Source: Nostoc sp. DedSLP01 (GTDB lineage: Bacteria; Cyanobacteriota; Cyanobacteriia; Cyanobacteriales; Nostocaceae). Taken from it: a stretch of 64,000 nt of DNA. Of the stretch, positions 9,714 through 19,641 are shown one piece after another; position 1 is the first letter of the stretch; every line of letters starts with the position of its first letter. Below the pieces are notes generated by a model, which made no database searches, was not told the origin of the DNA, and saw only the letters and a list, made by a program, of their open reading frames with translations. A program made the position numbers and the translations under genes. The stretch is taken from NCBI GenBank assembly GCA_034530875.2, contig JAVRCJ020000003.1, positions 96,001 to 160,000 of the forward strand. Direction: 5' to 3'.

Positions 9714-9743
9714 GCGCTTGGCGCAACCCGCTGTAGGCATCGC
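9714..9743. repeat. Second HIP1-inserted small dispersed repeat (variant)
   Basis: GCG|CTTGGCGCAACCCGCTGTAGGC|ATCGC, a 22-nt insert related to the one at 9613-9633. Confidence 0.65.
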
Positions 9744-9794
9744 TCTCAAGATACTTTACACTCAAGATGATAGCGATTATTTCCACCTTCTGTT

Positions 9795-10235
9795 ATGTCC
9801 TCAACTCTCGATTCTTTGCCACCTGCACTCGCTAAAATTGTCCAGCGCTTTCAACGGTCAACCGACCAAAGAAGACGTACCGAACAGCTAATTGCCTATG
9901 GTAATAAGTTGAAAGATTTCCCCGAAGCTGACAAAGTACCTGAAAATAAAGTTCCTGGTTGCGTTTCTCAAGTTTACATCACTGCTTCACTCAATGACGG
10001 TAAGGTGATATTCCGGGCTGATTCTGATGCCTTTATCAGTAAAGGCATGGTTGGTCTTTTAATTGAAGGATTGAATGGACTAACTCCCACAGAAATATTA
10101 GAACTTACTCCAGATTTTATTCAAGAAACAGGTTTAAATGTTAGCCTCACACCTTCCCGTGCTAATGGGTTTTACAATATTTTTAAAACCATGCAAAAAA
10201 AAGCCTTGGAATGTAAGTTAGATGTAGCTAACTAA
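9795..10235 (+). CDS. sufE: SufE family Fe-S assembly sulfur acceptor
   Basis: KVPGCVSQVY, ADSDA and LTPSRANG. Confidence 0.92.
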   Translation: MSSTLDSLPPALAKIVQRFQRSTDQRRRTEQLIAYGNKLKDFPEADKVPENKVPGCVSQVYITASLNDGKVIFRADSDAFISKGMVGLLIEGLNGLTPTEILELTPDFIQETGLNVSLTPSRANGFYNIFKTMQKKALECKLDVAN

Positions 10236-10320
10236 TACTCGGTCATTGGACATGGGGCATTAATTTTTGACTTCAGGGCTAATGACTAATGACTAATAAC
10301 TAATAGCAAAATTTAATCCA

Positions 10321-11229
10321 ATGTCAACAAATTTATTATCTACTTCTGCTGCTGTGGGATTTGGTGGAGTAGTTCAAGAATATCTTTGGAATTGGGAAAA
10401 CCAGCAATTGCGCGTTGTTTATGAAACCCTTGGTAAAGGTTCGCCGCTATTGCTACTACCAGCTTTTAGTAGTGTTTCGACGCGTTTAGAAATGGGCGAA
10501 CTTGCGAGATTATTAGCTCCCCATTTTCAAGTTGTAGCTGTGGACTGGCCTGGTTTTGGCGAATCTTCTCGCCCTAGTTTAAATTATCGACCCGAAATAT
10601 ATCAGCAATTTCTGGAAGATTTTGTCAACGCTATTTTTAAGACTCCAATTATTGCGATCGCGGCTGGTCATGCATCTACCTACGTCTTACAATTAGCTGT
10701 AAAACAGTCTAGTGCATTCTCACGAATTGTATTGTTAGCTCCTACTTGGCGCGGCCCTTTGCCGACAATGGGGGCAAGTCAAGAAATAGCTGGTATGGTA
10801 AGAGAATTAGTGCGATCGCCTATACTCGGTCAAGCTCTCTACAAACTCAACACTACCCCATCTTTCTTAAATTTTATGTACCGCCGTCATGTCTTTACAG
10901 ACACGGCAAAACTTACACCGAGTTTCATAGAAAAGAAATGGCAGACAACTCAACAACCAGGAGCGAGATTTGCTTCTGCTGCCTTTGTAACTGGTAATCT
11001 TGATGCTGTACGCCAACAATCTGATTTTCTCAAACTTGTAGAATCTTTAACAGTACAGCTCATGGTAGTAATTGGGGAATCTAGCCCTGCTAAATCACGA
11101 GAACAAATGAATGCTTTAGCAGCATTACCAGGAGTAAGAAGCACCGTTATCCGTGGTTCTCTAGGACTACATGAAGAATACCCAGCAGATGTTTTAGCAG
11201 TAGTTCAGGATTTTTTGTTCTCTTCATGA
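10321..11229 (+). CDS. Alpha/beta fold hydrolase
   Basis: VAVDWPGFGES and C-terminal LHEEYP; no canonical GxSxG (reads AAGHA). Confidence 0.8.
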   Translation: MSTNLLSTSAAVGFGGVVQEYLWNWENQQLRVVYETLGKGSPLLLLPAFSSVSTRLEMGELARLLAPHFQVVAVDWPGFGESSRPSLNYRPEIYQQFLEDFVNAIFKTPIIAIAAGHASTYVLQLAVKQSSAFSRIVLLAPTWRGPLPTMGASQEIAGMVRELVRSPILGQALYKLNTTPSFLNFMYRRHVFTDTAKLTPSFIEKKWQTTQQPGARFASAAFVTGNLDAVRQQSDFLKLVESLTVQLMVVIGESSPAKSREQMNALAALPGVRSTVIRGSLGLHEEYPADVLAVVQDFLFSS

Positions 11230-11257
11230 AATTGAACAATTAAAAGGACTTAGAAGC

Positions 11258-12010
11258 ATGAACTTTGCAGTGAGTGAAAAAGTTGCAATTGTCACAGGCG
11301 GTAGTTCTGGGATTGGTCGAGCAACCGCAGTTGCTTTTGCTCAAGCCGGAGCAAAGGTTGTTGTAGCGGCGCGACGGGTTCAAGAAGGAGAGGAAACAGT
11401 TCGTCTTGCTAAAGATGCAGGTAGTGAAGCTATATTTGTGCAAACTGACGTGACCAAAGCTGTCGATGTACAAGCATTAGTGAATAAAACCTTAGATACT
11501 TTTGGTCGATTGGATTGTGCTTGCAACAATGCGGGCTTTGGAAAATCTGTGCCGCTAACTGAACGTTCAGAAGAAGAATGGGACGCTGAGACAGATGTTA
11601 ATTTGAAAGCGGTGTGGCTGTGTATGAAATATCAAATTCCAGCGATGCTCAAAACTGGATCGGGTGCGATAGTCAATATGGCATCTATTGGAGGTGCTGT
11701 TATTGGCACATCTAGTTTTTCTGCTTATCAAGCAGCCAAAGCAGGAGTTATTGGGTTAACGCGATCGGCAGCGATGGAATATGCTCAGCAGGGAATTCGG
11801 ATCAATGCCATTAGTCCGGGGCTGATTGCAACAGAAATCTTATCCAATGTTCCAGAAAATATGCTTCAACAAATGACTGACACAATTCCACTCAAAAGAA
11901 TAGGGAGAGCAGAAGAAATCGCAAATGCAGTTGTTTGGTTATGTTCTGATGCAGCATCCTACATTACAGGACACAACTTAGTAATCGATGGCGGTTTTAC
12001 AGTTCAGTAG
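11258..12010 (+). CDS. Short-chain dehydrogenase/reductase
   Basis: TGGSSGIG, NNAG, YxxxK (YQAAK) and YITG...DGG. Confidence 0.92.
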   Translation: MNFAVSEKVAIVTGGSSGIGRATAVAFAQAGAKVVVAARRVQEGEETVRLAKDAGSEAIFVQTDVTKAVDVQALVNKTLDTFGRLDCACNNAGFGKSVPLTERSEEEWDAETDVNLKAVWLCMKYQIPAMLKTGSGAIVNMASIGGAVIGTSSFSAYQAAKAGVIGLTRSAAMEYAQQGIRINAISPGLIATEILSNVPENMLQQMTDTIPLKRIGRAEEIANAVVWLCSDAASYITGHNLVIDGGFTVQ

Positions 12011-12129
12011 AAAGCTCACATACATAAGTATAAATATTTCTTAAATACACAAGATTCGTCTTGTAGCTGACTATAAAGCCTGTTTTACTCCCCAATTCTC
12101 AATTCTTAAGCCAACTTCGCACAAAAAAA

Positions 12130-12163
12130 TAAAAACAATTATCATAGGCGATGATGATTATTC
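12130..12163 (+). promoter_or_regulatory. Two imperfect Zur-box-like sites upstream of cobW
   Basis: TAAAAACAATTATCA (11/14) and CGATGATGATTATTC (10/14) against TGATAATNATTATCA. Confidence 0.4.
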
Positions 12164-12191
12164 ATAAGGTGAGACTAAAGGAATTTAGAGT

Positions 12192-13163
12192 ATGCTAGCT
12201 GACGTAAGCACAAATTCAGTTCCCGTTACTGTTCTTACAGGTTATTTGGGAGCAGGTAAAACAACTCTACTCAATCACATCCTCACCTACGAACACGGCA
12301 AGAAAGTTGCTGTGATTGTTAACGAATTTGGGGAAGTGGGCATTGATAATCAACTAATTATTGATGCCGATGAAGAAATATTTGAAATGAACAATGGCTG
12401 CATCTGTTGTACAGTGCGTGGCGATTTAATTCGCATCATTGGCAATTTGATGAAGCGGCGTGATAAATTTGACCATTTAGTAATTGAAACAACTGGACTA
12501 GCTGACCCTGCACCAGTGATTCAGACATTTTTTGTTGATGAAGATTTGCAAAATCAACTATCTTTAGATGCGGTGGTGACAGTAGTTGATGCCAAGCATA
12601 TTTGGCACCACTGGGATGCAGACGAAGCCCAAGAGCAAATTGCTTTTGCCGATGTAATTTTACTTAATAAAACAGATTTGGTGAAGCCAGAAGAATTGGA
12701 CGAATTAGAAAAGCGAATTCGGTCAATGAATGCTATGGCAAAAATCTATCGTACCCGCAATTCTGAATTAGAAATGAATGCTTTATTAGGTGTGAAAGCA
12801 TTTGATTTAGATCGGGCATTAGAAATAGATCCGAATTTTTTAGGTGAAGATGCCCACGAACACGATGAAAGCGTTTTTTCTGTAGCTTTAGTGGAAAAAG
12901 GTGCAGTCGATGGAGATAAATTAAACGCTTGGCTTTCTGAGTTGTTGCGTACTCAAGGGCCAGATATCTTCCGCATGAAAGGTATATTAAATATTGCTGG
13001 GGAAGAGAATCGATTTGTCTTCCAAGGAGTACACATGATATTTGATGGTAGACCCGATCGCCCCTGGAAACCTAACGAAACTCCAAAAAACGAACTAGTA
13101 TTCATCGGTCGCAACCTTGATGGAGAAAAACTCAAGCAAGATTTTCTTGCTTGTCTAGCATAA
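12192..13163 (+). CDS. CobW/COG0523 family GTPase (putative zinc metallochaperone)
   Basis: GYLGAGKTT, NEFG, GCICC, ETTGLADP, NKTD and a CobW C-terminal domain. Confidence 0.93.
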   Translation: MLADVSTNSVPVTVLTGYLGAGKTTLLNHILTYEHGKKVAVIVNEFGEVGIDNQLIIDADEEIFEMNNGCICCTVRGDLIRIIGNLMKRRDKFDHLVIETTGLADPAPVIQTFFVDEDLQNQLSLDAVVTVVDAKHIWHHWDADEAQEQIAFADVILLNKTDLVKPEELDELEKRIRSMNAMAKIYRTRNSELEMNALLGVKAFDLDRALEIDPNFLGEDAHEHDESVFSVALVEKGAVDGDKLNAWLSELLRTQGPDIFRMKGILNIAGEENRFVFQGVHMIFDGRPDRPWKPNETPKNELVFIGRNLDGEKLKQDFLACLA

Positions 13164-13165
13164 AT

Positions 13166-13302
13166 AGGGAGTGGGGAGTAGGGAATAGGGAGTGGGGGAT
13201 AAGACAGATGAAATCAGTTATCAGTAAACAGGGGTATGGTAATGATAACTATTCACTGTTCGCTCTCGATGCCCAATGCCCCATTCCCCACTCCCCACTC
13301 CC
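13166..13302. repeat. Complementary STRR tracts (GGGAGTG/GGGAATA and CCCCACT)
   Basis: G-rich units at 13166-13200 and C-rich units at 13270-13302. Confidence 0.7.
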
Positions 13303-13313
13303 TTTTGAAAGAT

Positions 13314-14357
13314 ATGAACTCCACAACCAGCAACTCTAAACTATTTGAACAACACTATTCAGGGATACTTGCAGATTATATAACTGCGATCGCTTGGTCG
13401 CCCCAAGGTCAAACTTTAGCAGCAGCTTCCGCAACTGGGGAAGTTGTACTGTGGAATGATAGCGAACTGACAACCTTACAAACTGGTAACGGTAAATCGG
13501 TAGATTGCCTTGCCTTTTCCCACGATGGCAAATTTTTAGCTGTCGGCGGACAGGAGGGACAAGTCAAAATTTGGCAAGACACTGAATTAATCGCCACATT
13601 GGAAAATGCACCTGCATGGGTTGACAAACTAGCTTGGAATCACACCAGTAACCAACTAGCTTTTAGCTTGGGGCGTTACGTCCAAGTTTGGGATGCAGAT
13701 ACTCGTGAAATTGTCGTCACGCTGAATTTCGATAACTCATCAGTCTTAGGCATAGATTGGCGCATTGATGGGCAGTACCTAGCCATTAGTGGTTATAAAG
13801 GAGTGAAAATTTGGCACAGTCAAAACTGGGATGACGAACCATACATCTTAAATATGACTACCGTCAGCCTAGCGATGGCTTGGTCGCCCGATGGTAAATT
13901 CCTCGCTTCTGGCAATATGGATCGTAGCGTCACAGTCTTGGAATGGAACAATCCCGATCCTTGGGTGATGCAGGGCTTCCCTGGTAAAATTCGCCAATTG
14001 GCATGGTCAGAAGCTACTACGGAACTAGGTACGCCAATACTGGCATCCTCTAGCGTTGAAGGTATTGTAGTCTGGGAAAAGTTAGAGGATGATAGCTTAG
14101 GTTGGGAAGCACGAGTTTTAACTAATCATGTCGATGTGATTAATGCGATCGCCTTTGCACCTAAAAGCTTTCTTCTCGCATCTGCTGGTGCTGATGGCTG
14201 GTTATGTTTGTGGCATCAAGCCAAGGAAGTATCCCAAATAATCACAGGTGTTTCAGGAGGCTTTTCTAGCCTAGCTTGGCATCCCCAAGGCAAATTCCTA
14301 GCCGCAGGCGGTGAAAAAGGCGAATTAGTTATTTGGTCAAAGGTTTCCCAGAGTTAA
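13314..14357 (+). CDS. WD40 repeat protein
   Basis: Repeated AWSP.G..LA and V..WD units; start placed after the STRR tract. Confidence 0.88.
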   Translation: MNSTTSNSKLFEQHYSGILADYITAIAWSPQGQTLAAASATGEVVLWNDSELTTLQTGNGKSVDCLAFSHDGKFLAVGGQEGQVKIWQDTELIATLENAPAWVDKLAWNHTSNQLAFSLGRYVQVWDADTREIVVTLNFDNSSVLGIDWRIDGQYLAISGYKGVKIWHSQNWDDEPYILNMTTVSLAMAWSPDGKFLASGNMDRSVTVLEWNNPDPWVMQGFPGKIRQLAWSEATTELGTPILASSSVEGIVVWEKLEDDSLGWEARVLTNHVDVINAIAFAPKSFLLASAGADGWLCLWHQAKEVSQIITGVSGGFSSLAWHPQGKFLAAGGEKGELVIWSKVSQS

Positions 14358-14362
14358 GGATT

Positions 14363-14484
14363 TAAGCTATTGGGCTTTTAAATTGCACAGTCATTTAGTA
14401 AGTTCGTTGACGTCTGACGGTTCACAGTTAACCGTCAACAGTTAACAGCTAATACAAAAAAATGTGCAGCTTAAATGCAAAAAC
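14363..14484. mobile_element. Degenerate MITE-like repeat, copy 2
   Basis: TAAGCTATT...TAAATTGCACA, GTTGAC...GTCAAC and ATGTGCAGCTTAAATGC; related to 7772-7888. Confidence 0.55.
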
Positions 14485-14673
14485 AAGGAGAATAACTCCT
14501 AACTCTTGACTCAGGATTCAGTAGGTTTCTTCCAGAAGTGCCACAAAAGAGTCAGAAAAAACCTTTCCCTTTTCCCCCTCTATACCAACCATTTTATTTT
14601 CAAACCAGTCTAGTATTGAATCTAAGTAACTTATTGGGTATGCTGTAGCAAAAGAGGTATATTTCTGTAAAGT

Positions 14674-14943
14674 ATGAACATAACCAAACTGATCTTACTT
14701 GCCTGTCGCGCTTTCCTAGCATCTATATTGCTGCTAGCCAATCCAGCAAATGCATCGAGTCTGAAATCTGAATATGCTACACAAATTACGCTAGCATCTA
14801 AGCAACAAATTGCTGATTTGGCAACACAAAACTTGACACAAAAATCTAATCCAATTATCGACCAACTTGGTTGTAATTGCGGCAACTGCGTTCCAGGACA
14901 ATTTCATTTACTACAAGGCAAGCTGCCATCAGTTGGTTTTTAA
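14674..14943 (+). CDS. Small secreted hypothetical protein with a CxCxxC motif
   Basis: Signal peptide ending ANA and the motif GCNCGNC; followed by a terminator. Confidence 0.65.
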   Translation: MNITKLILLACRAFLASILLLANPANASSLKSEYATQITLASKQQIADLATQNLTQKSNPIIDQLGCNCGNCVPGQFHLLQGKLPSVGF

Positions 14944-14971
14944 TAAGGTTAGAACTCAATAGATATTTTAT

Positions 14972-14998
14972 GGGCAAAGCAAAACTTTGCCCTTTTTT
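14972..14998 (+). terminator. Intrinsic terminator
   Basis: GGGCAAAG-CAAAA-CTTTGCCC followed by T6. Confidence 0.8.
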
Positions 14999-15161
14999 AT
15001 TTTTATCAACCTGGGAAAAAAGAACTCTTAAAGGTTGTTTGAAAAGTTTTGGGCGAAAATAATTCGCTACTACACAAACAAATATTGAACCAATTCAACC
15101 AAAAAGTTTAACGATTGAATTGGTTCGCGATGGCTAGAATGCTTGTAGAATAAGAGTTCAA

Positions 15162-15248
15162 CGGAGAGACAGGGATTTGAACCCTGGAATACGTTTCCGC
15201 ATTACAGCATTTCCAGTGCTGCGCCTTAAACCACTCGGCCATCTCTCC
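15162..15248 (-). tRNA. trnS: tRNA-Ser (anticodon GGA)
   Basis: Minus strand reads GGAGAGATGGCCGAGTGG...CAGCA-CT-GGA-AA-TGCTG, a long variable arm, then GGTTCAAATCC...TCTCTCCG. 87 nt; CCA not encoded. Confidence 0.97.
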
Positions 15249-15351
15249 AGATGTCACGATTTACAATCTTACTATAAAATTCTAAAAAATGCAAAGATAA
15301 AAAAGATTTTTAGGTTAATCTCAAAGTTAAAGTCGCAAAACCCAAATCCAG

Positions 15352-15720
15352 ATGTCCCGTACATATACAATTCGAGTTCGCGATCGCGCTACTGGCAAAA
15401 TACACACCCTACAAGTGCCAGAAGACCGCTACATCCTGCACACTGCCGAAAAACAAGGGACGGAACTACCGTTTTCTTGCCGTAATGGGGCTTGCACCAC
15501 TTGTGCTGTCAGAGTACTGTCAGGAGAAATTTACCAACCAGAAGCGATCGGATTGTCGCCAGAGTTACGCCGACAAGGTTATGCCTTGTTGTGTGTCAGT
15601 TATCCTCGTTCTGACTTGGAAGTAGAAACACAAGACGAAGATGAAGTTTATGAACTCCAGTTTGGACGATATTTTGCTAGGGGTAGAGTCAAAGCAGGTT
15701 TACCCTTAGATGAGGACTAG
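15352..15720 (+). CDS. fed2: [2Fe-2S] ferredoxin with C-terminal extension (Fed2/FdC2 type)
   Basis: CRNGACTTC...LLC and tail QDEDEVYELQFGRYF...GLPLDED. Confidence 0.9.
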   Translation: MSRTYTIRVRDRATGKIHTLQVPEDRYILHTAEKQGTELPFSCRNGACTTCAVRVLSGEIYQPEAIGLSPELRRQGYALLCVSYPRSDLEVETQDEDEVYELQFGRYFARGRVKAGLPLDED

Positions 15721-15761
15721 AATTTTGTTCGCGCACAGACACAGAGGAGGAAATTACTGTT

Positions 15762-16307
15762 TTGACAGCGTGTCTTGGTGAGTGGGTGCGAAAAATAAGC
15801 ATTTTGGTTTGCCTATTACTGTTGGTGAGTTGCCAAGGCAAAAATCAGCTGCCAAACAATCAGGCACAAGTGAAAGTTGCGCGGGTAGTTAGCGGGCAAA
15901 CCTTAGAAGTATTAGGTATGGCTGAACAACCAAACTTGATTTCCCAAGTCCGGTTAGTGGGAATTGATGCACCAGATTTGCGACAACGACCTTGGGGCGA
16001 ACAAGCAAAAGAACAGTTAGAGAATCTAATTGGTGGTGCAGAACAATCCGTAACCCTAGAGTTTGATTTAGTAACAAAAGATAAAGTCGGGCGAACCCTA
16101 GCTTATGTATGGAAAAATAATCTTTTGTTGAATGAAGAATTAGTCAAACAAGGGAATGCATTGTTTGTTGAGCGATCGCCAAACCACAAATACGACCAAC
16201 GTTTAGAACGTGCCCAACAATGGGCGAGACTCATGGGACAAGGAATTTGGAACCCAGAAAAACCCATGCGCCTAACTCCTGCTGAATTTCGCCGTCAAAA
16301 TCTGTGA
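15762..16307 (+). CDS. Thermonuclease (staphylococcal nuclease-like) family lipoprotein; start may be the GTG at 15786
   Basis: Lipobox LVSC, VRLVGIDAP, GRTLAYV and GIW. Confidence 0.85.
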   Translation: MTACLGEWVRKISILVCLLLLVSCQGKNQLPNNQAQVKVARVVSGQTLEVLGMAEQPNLISQVRLVGIDAPDLRQRPWGEQAKEQLENLIGGAEQSVTLEFDLVTKDKVGRTLAYVWKNNLLLNEELVKQGNALFVERSPNHKYDQRLERAQQWARLMGQGIWNPEKPMRLTPAEFRRQNL

Positions 16308-16328
16308 CAATTGGGGACTGGGGAGATG

Positions 16329-16420
16329 GGGAGCAGGGGAGGTAGGGGAAAAGGTTAAAGGGAAAAGGGAAAAGGAATAAATTTAATCTTTCCCCTTACC
16401 CCTTTCCCTTTCCCCATTCC
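16329..16420 (+). repeat. Purine/pyrimidine-tract dispersed element, copy A
   Basis: Near-identical to the reverse complement of 19642-19750. Confidence 0.8.
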
Positions 16421-16463
16421 AATGCCCAATGACTAATGACTAATAACTAATAACTAATAACTA

Positions 16464-17276
16464 ATGACTAATTTACAAACTTTTCTAGATATTGCTACAG
16501 AAGCGGCGTTAGCTGGTGGTGCTATACTGCAAAGCTACTTGGGTAAGTTAGAAGATACAGTTATTGAAAAAGGACGCCCTGGCGATTTAGTTACTGCTGC
16601 TGATAAAGCCTCAGAAGAAGTGGTTTTAGAAATTTTACGTCGCCATTTTCCCCAACATTCTATTCTCGCTGAAGAATCAGGTAAATTAGGCGATCGCGAA
16701 AATGAATACCTCTGGGCAATAGATCCTCTAGACGGCACAACTAACTACGCTCATCAATACCCATTCTTTGCGGTTTCCATCGGGCTATTAATTAATGGTG
16801 TTCCCCAAGTTGGCGTCATTTATGACCCTTTTCACAACGAACTATTTCGTGCCGCTGCTGGTTTGGGAGCAACGCGCAACCGTCGGGCGATCGCAGTTTC
16901 GACAACCTCAGAACTGAATAAAAGCTTGCTAGTAAGTGGGTTTGCCTACGATCGCCGTGAAACCTCTGATAACAATTACGCAGAATTTTGCCACCTCACC
17001 CATCTGACTCAGGGAGTGAGACGTAGCGGTTCCGCATCCCTAGATTTAGCTTATGTTGCCTGCGGCCGCGTCGATGGTTACTGGGAACGGGGACTTTCAC
17101 CTTGGGATATTGTCGCTGGTATCATTTTGGTACAAGAAGCAGGCGGCAAAGTTACCGCCTACGATGGCAGTCCCTTAAAAATTGAGTCAGGTAGAATTCT
17201 CGCCACAAATAGTTATATTCACGACACCGTAAGCCGCGAACTTTTACAAGTTCCCCCACTGTCAGCCTGGAAGTGA
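16464..17276 (+). CDS. suhB: Inositol monophosphatase
   Basis: AEESG, WAIDPLDGTTNY and WDIVAG. Confidence 0.9.
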   Translation: MTNLQTFLDIATEAALAGGAILQSYLGKLEDTVIEKGRPGDLVTAADKASEEVVLEILRRHFPQHSILAEESGKLGDRENEYLWAIDPLDGTTNYAHQYPFFAVSIGLLINGVPQVGVIYDPFHNELFRAAAGLGATRNRRAIAVSTTSELNKSLLVSGFAYDRRETSDNNYAEFCHLTHLTQGVRRSGSASLDLAYVACGRVDGYWERGLSPWDIVAGIILVQEAGGKVTAYDGSPLKIESGRILATNSYIHDTVSRELLQVPPLSAWK

Positions 17277-17442
17277 AGGTAGATAAAGAGTAGAGGAGCA
17301 CAAGGACGGAGGCGAAAATAATCAATGACTAATGACCAATGACCAATAACTAATGACTAATAGCAATTTGCTACTGACGGATTGCCGATCGAGCGAAGTA
17401 AACTAGAAAAAATCTAATTGCTCCTTTGGTGCAAACTGCTAT

Positions 17443-18402
17443 ATGTCCTTCAAAATAGATCGTGGATTATTTAGATATGATTTCATAGATCATCACGCAG
17501 TTTTATGCGTTCCAGTCGATGCGGATATCAAAGATATTCGCAAACGCTATCTTCAAATTGCTCGTCGCTTACACCCAGATAGTATTATTACTGAAAATCC
17601 CGAGCAAAAACAGCTAGGCAATGAATTTTTATCAAAGCTGGTTAACCCAGCTTACGAAAAACTTGCTAACGAACGTGCCAGGGTCGAATATATTCTGATT
17701 TTGTCGCAAATGGGCAAGCGTCTGGTACACGAAGCTACTACGGTGACTATAAACACAGAATTAGGCAGACAGTTAGCTAGCGCTCCCAATCTCGATGGTT
17801 TCTATAAAAGTGCGATCGCTAAACTTGCCCAAACCCAATATGATTCTTTAGACCAAGCCCTAAATGTCATAGGGCAAATTAGCGAGTTGAATTTAGTCTA
17901 TTTAATGCGGAGTGCAACCAAGCCATCCGCGACAACACCATATACTCAACCTAAAGTTAACTCAGCTCCACCGCCACCTAAACCAGATGCGGCAAAACAA
18001 ACACCACCAGCGCCACCAGCAGTCAAAGAAGACTCGGTTGTAGAACAGTATGTTCGTCGCGCTCAATCTTTGATGGAGAAAAACCAATTTGCCCAAGCGA
18101 AAGTAGAATTGCAGGATGCTCTCAAGCTAGAACCGAAAAATAGTCACTGCCATAGCTTGATTGGAATGGTGTATTTGAAGCAAAATCAGCTAAAAATGGC
18201 CAAAATCCACTTCGACAATGCACTAAAATTAGACCCCAACGACCAAACAGCGTTGCAATGGAAACCTAAAATAGATAAAGCTTTAGGACAACAACCTACC
18301 GATCAGAAGGTGACTTCATCCCCCAATAATGGAGATAAGCAACCAGATAAATCTGGTAGTGGTGGTTTGTTCGGTGGTTTGTTTGGTGGGAAGAAAAAAT
18401 AA
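17443..18402 (+). CDS. J-domain (DnaJ-like) protein with C-terminal TPRs
   Basis: IRKRYLQIARRLHPD, Pro-rich linker and TPR repeats; stop overlaps the hisZ start (TAATG). Confidence 0.88.
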   Translation: MSFKIDRGLFRYDFIDHHAVLCVPVDADIKDIRKRYLQIARRLHPDSIITENPEQKQLGNEFLSKLVNPAYEKLANERARVEYILILSQMGKRLVHEATTVTINTELGRQLASAPNLDGFYKSAIAKLAQTQYDSLDQALNVIGQISELNLVYLMRSATKPSATTPYTQPKVNSAPPPPKPDAAKQTPPAPPAVKEDSVVEQYVRRAQSLMEKNQFAQAKVELQDALKLEPKNSHCHSLIGMVYLKQNQLKMAKIHFDNALKLDPNDQTALQWKPKIDKALGQQPTDQKVTSSPNNGDKQPDKSGSGGLFGGLFGGKKK

Positions 18403-19613
18403 TGGTGTATCAACCAGCAGCGGGAGCCAGGGATTTATTACCCTTAGATGTGGCGAAAAAACGCTGGATTGAAGATAGATTACAACAGGTGTTTCATCGT
18501 TGGGGATATCACAGGATCATCACCTCAACTTTAGAGCGAATGGATACCTTGATGGCAGGGGAAGCAATCCAACGCCAGATGGTTATCCAACTACAAAATA
18601 GCGAAGACGATGAATTAGGCTTGCGTCCAGAATTAACAGCATCAATTGCTCGCACCGTCGCTACTCGTATGGCAGGTGTAACTTATCCCCAACGGCTGTA
18701 CTACAATGCCAATGTATTTCGCCGTACTTGGGAAAGCAGGCATAATCGCCAGCATGAGTTTTATCAAGCTGGAGTTGAGTTATTAGGCGCTGGGGGATTG
18801 CTAGCAAATGCAGAAGTGCTGCTGTTGGTAGCAGATTGTCTGGCTGCACTGGGTTTACGAGAATGGCATTTAATTTTAGGTGAAGCTGGAATTACCCGAT
18901 CGCTCCTCAATGCTTTTCCTGCTAATTTACAAGATAAAGTTCGCACTGCGATCGCTCATCTTGACCGCATTACTCTAGATAGTTTACCTCTCGGCGACGA
19001 ACTACGCGATCGCGCTCGAATCATGATGGATTTGCGCGGTTCCAGTGCCGATGTCTTGCAAAAAGTTAGTAGCTTAGGGCTAGACGAACAACAGCAACAA
19101 GCAGTAGATAACCTCAAATCCCTAGTAGGATTACTAGAATCTGAGAAAAAATTCTCCTTAATCCTCGACCTCAGCCTCATCCAGACCATAGACTACTACA
19201 CCGGCATTGTCTTTGAAGTTGTCAATGATACCGAATCCCAAAGCCGAATTTTGGGTCAGGGTGGTCGCTACGACCAGCTTTTAGGGCTATATCATCCCCA
19301 AGGAGAAAATATTCCCGGCATTGGTTTTGTCCTCAATATCGAAGATTTATACCAAGTATTGTTATCAACTGGGCAATTACCGCAAGCAACCCCAGCTAGT
19401 AACTGGTTGGTAGTACCAGAGACACCGAGTGCTGACGCTCCTGCTTTTGCTTACGCGCAAAAGCTCCGAGATTCCACTCATTTGGTACGAGTAGAAATGG
19501 ATTTGCTCAGAAAGGATGCAGACGGCATTCGCCAATACGCACGCGATCGGGGCATCGACCAAATTGCCTGGATTAAAGCCGATGGCTCACCAAAAATTGA
19601 ATCATTGCGTTAA
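18402..19613 (+). CDS. hisZ: ATP phosphoribosyltransferase regulatory subunit
   Basis: GARDLLP, LRPELTASIAR, EFYQAGVEL, DYYTG and GGRYD. Confidence 0.92.
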   Translation: MVYQPAAGARDLLPLDVAKKRWIEDRLQQVFHRWGYHRIITSTLERMDTLMAGEAIQRQMVIQLQNSEDDELGLRPELTASIARTVATRMAGVTYPQRLYYNANVFRRTWESRHNRQHEFYQAGVELLGAGGLLANAEVLLLVADCLAALGLREWHLILGEAGITRSLLNAFPANLQDKVRTAIAHLDRITLDSLPLGDELRDRARIMMDLRGSSADVLQKVSSLGLDEQQQQAVDNLKSLVGLLESEKKFSLILDLSLIQTIDYYTGIVFEVVNDTESQSRILGQGGRYDQLLGLYHPQGENIPGIGFVLNIEDLYQVLLSTGQLPQATPASNWLVVPETPSADAPAFAYAQKLRDSTHLVRVEMDLLRKDADGIRQYARDRGIDQIAWIKADGSPKIESLR

Positions 19614-19641
19614 GTGAATTGGGCATGGGGCATTGGGTATA

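Noticed and set aside
13236..13313. N-terminal extension of the WD40 ORF
   Set aside because: Runs through STRR repeats; the start at 13314 is preferred.
15162..15248. tRNA as an integration site for a genomic island
   Set aside because: No integrase and no duplicate of the tRNA 3' end were noticed in the window.
15177..15485. 102-aa ORF
   Set aside because: Antisense to tRNA-Ser and out of frame with the ferredoxin.
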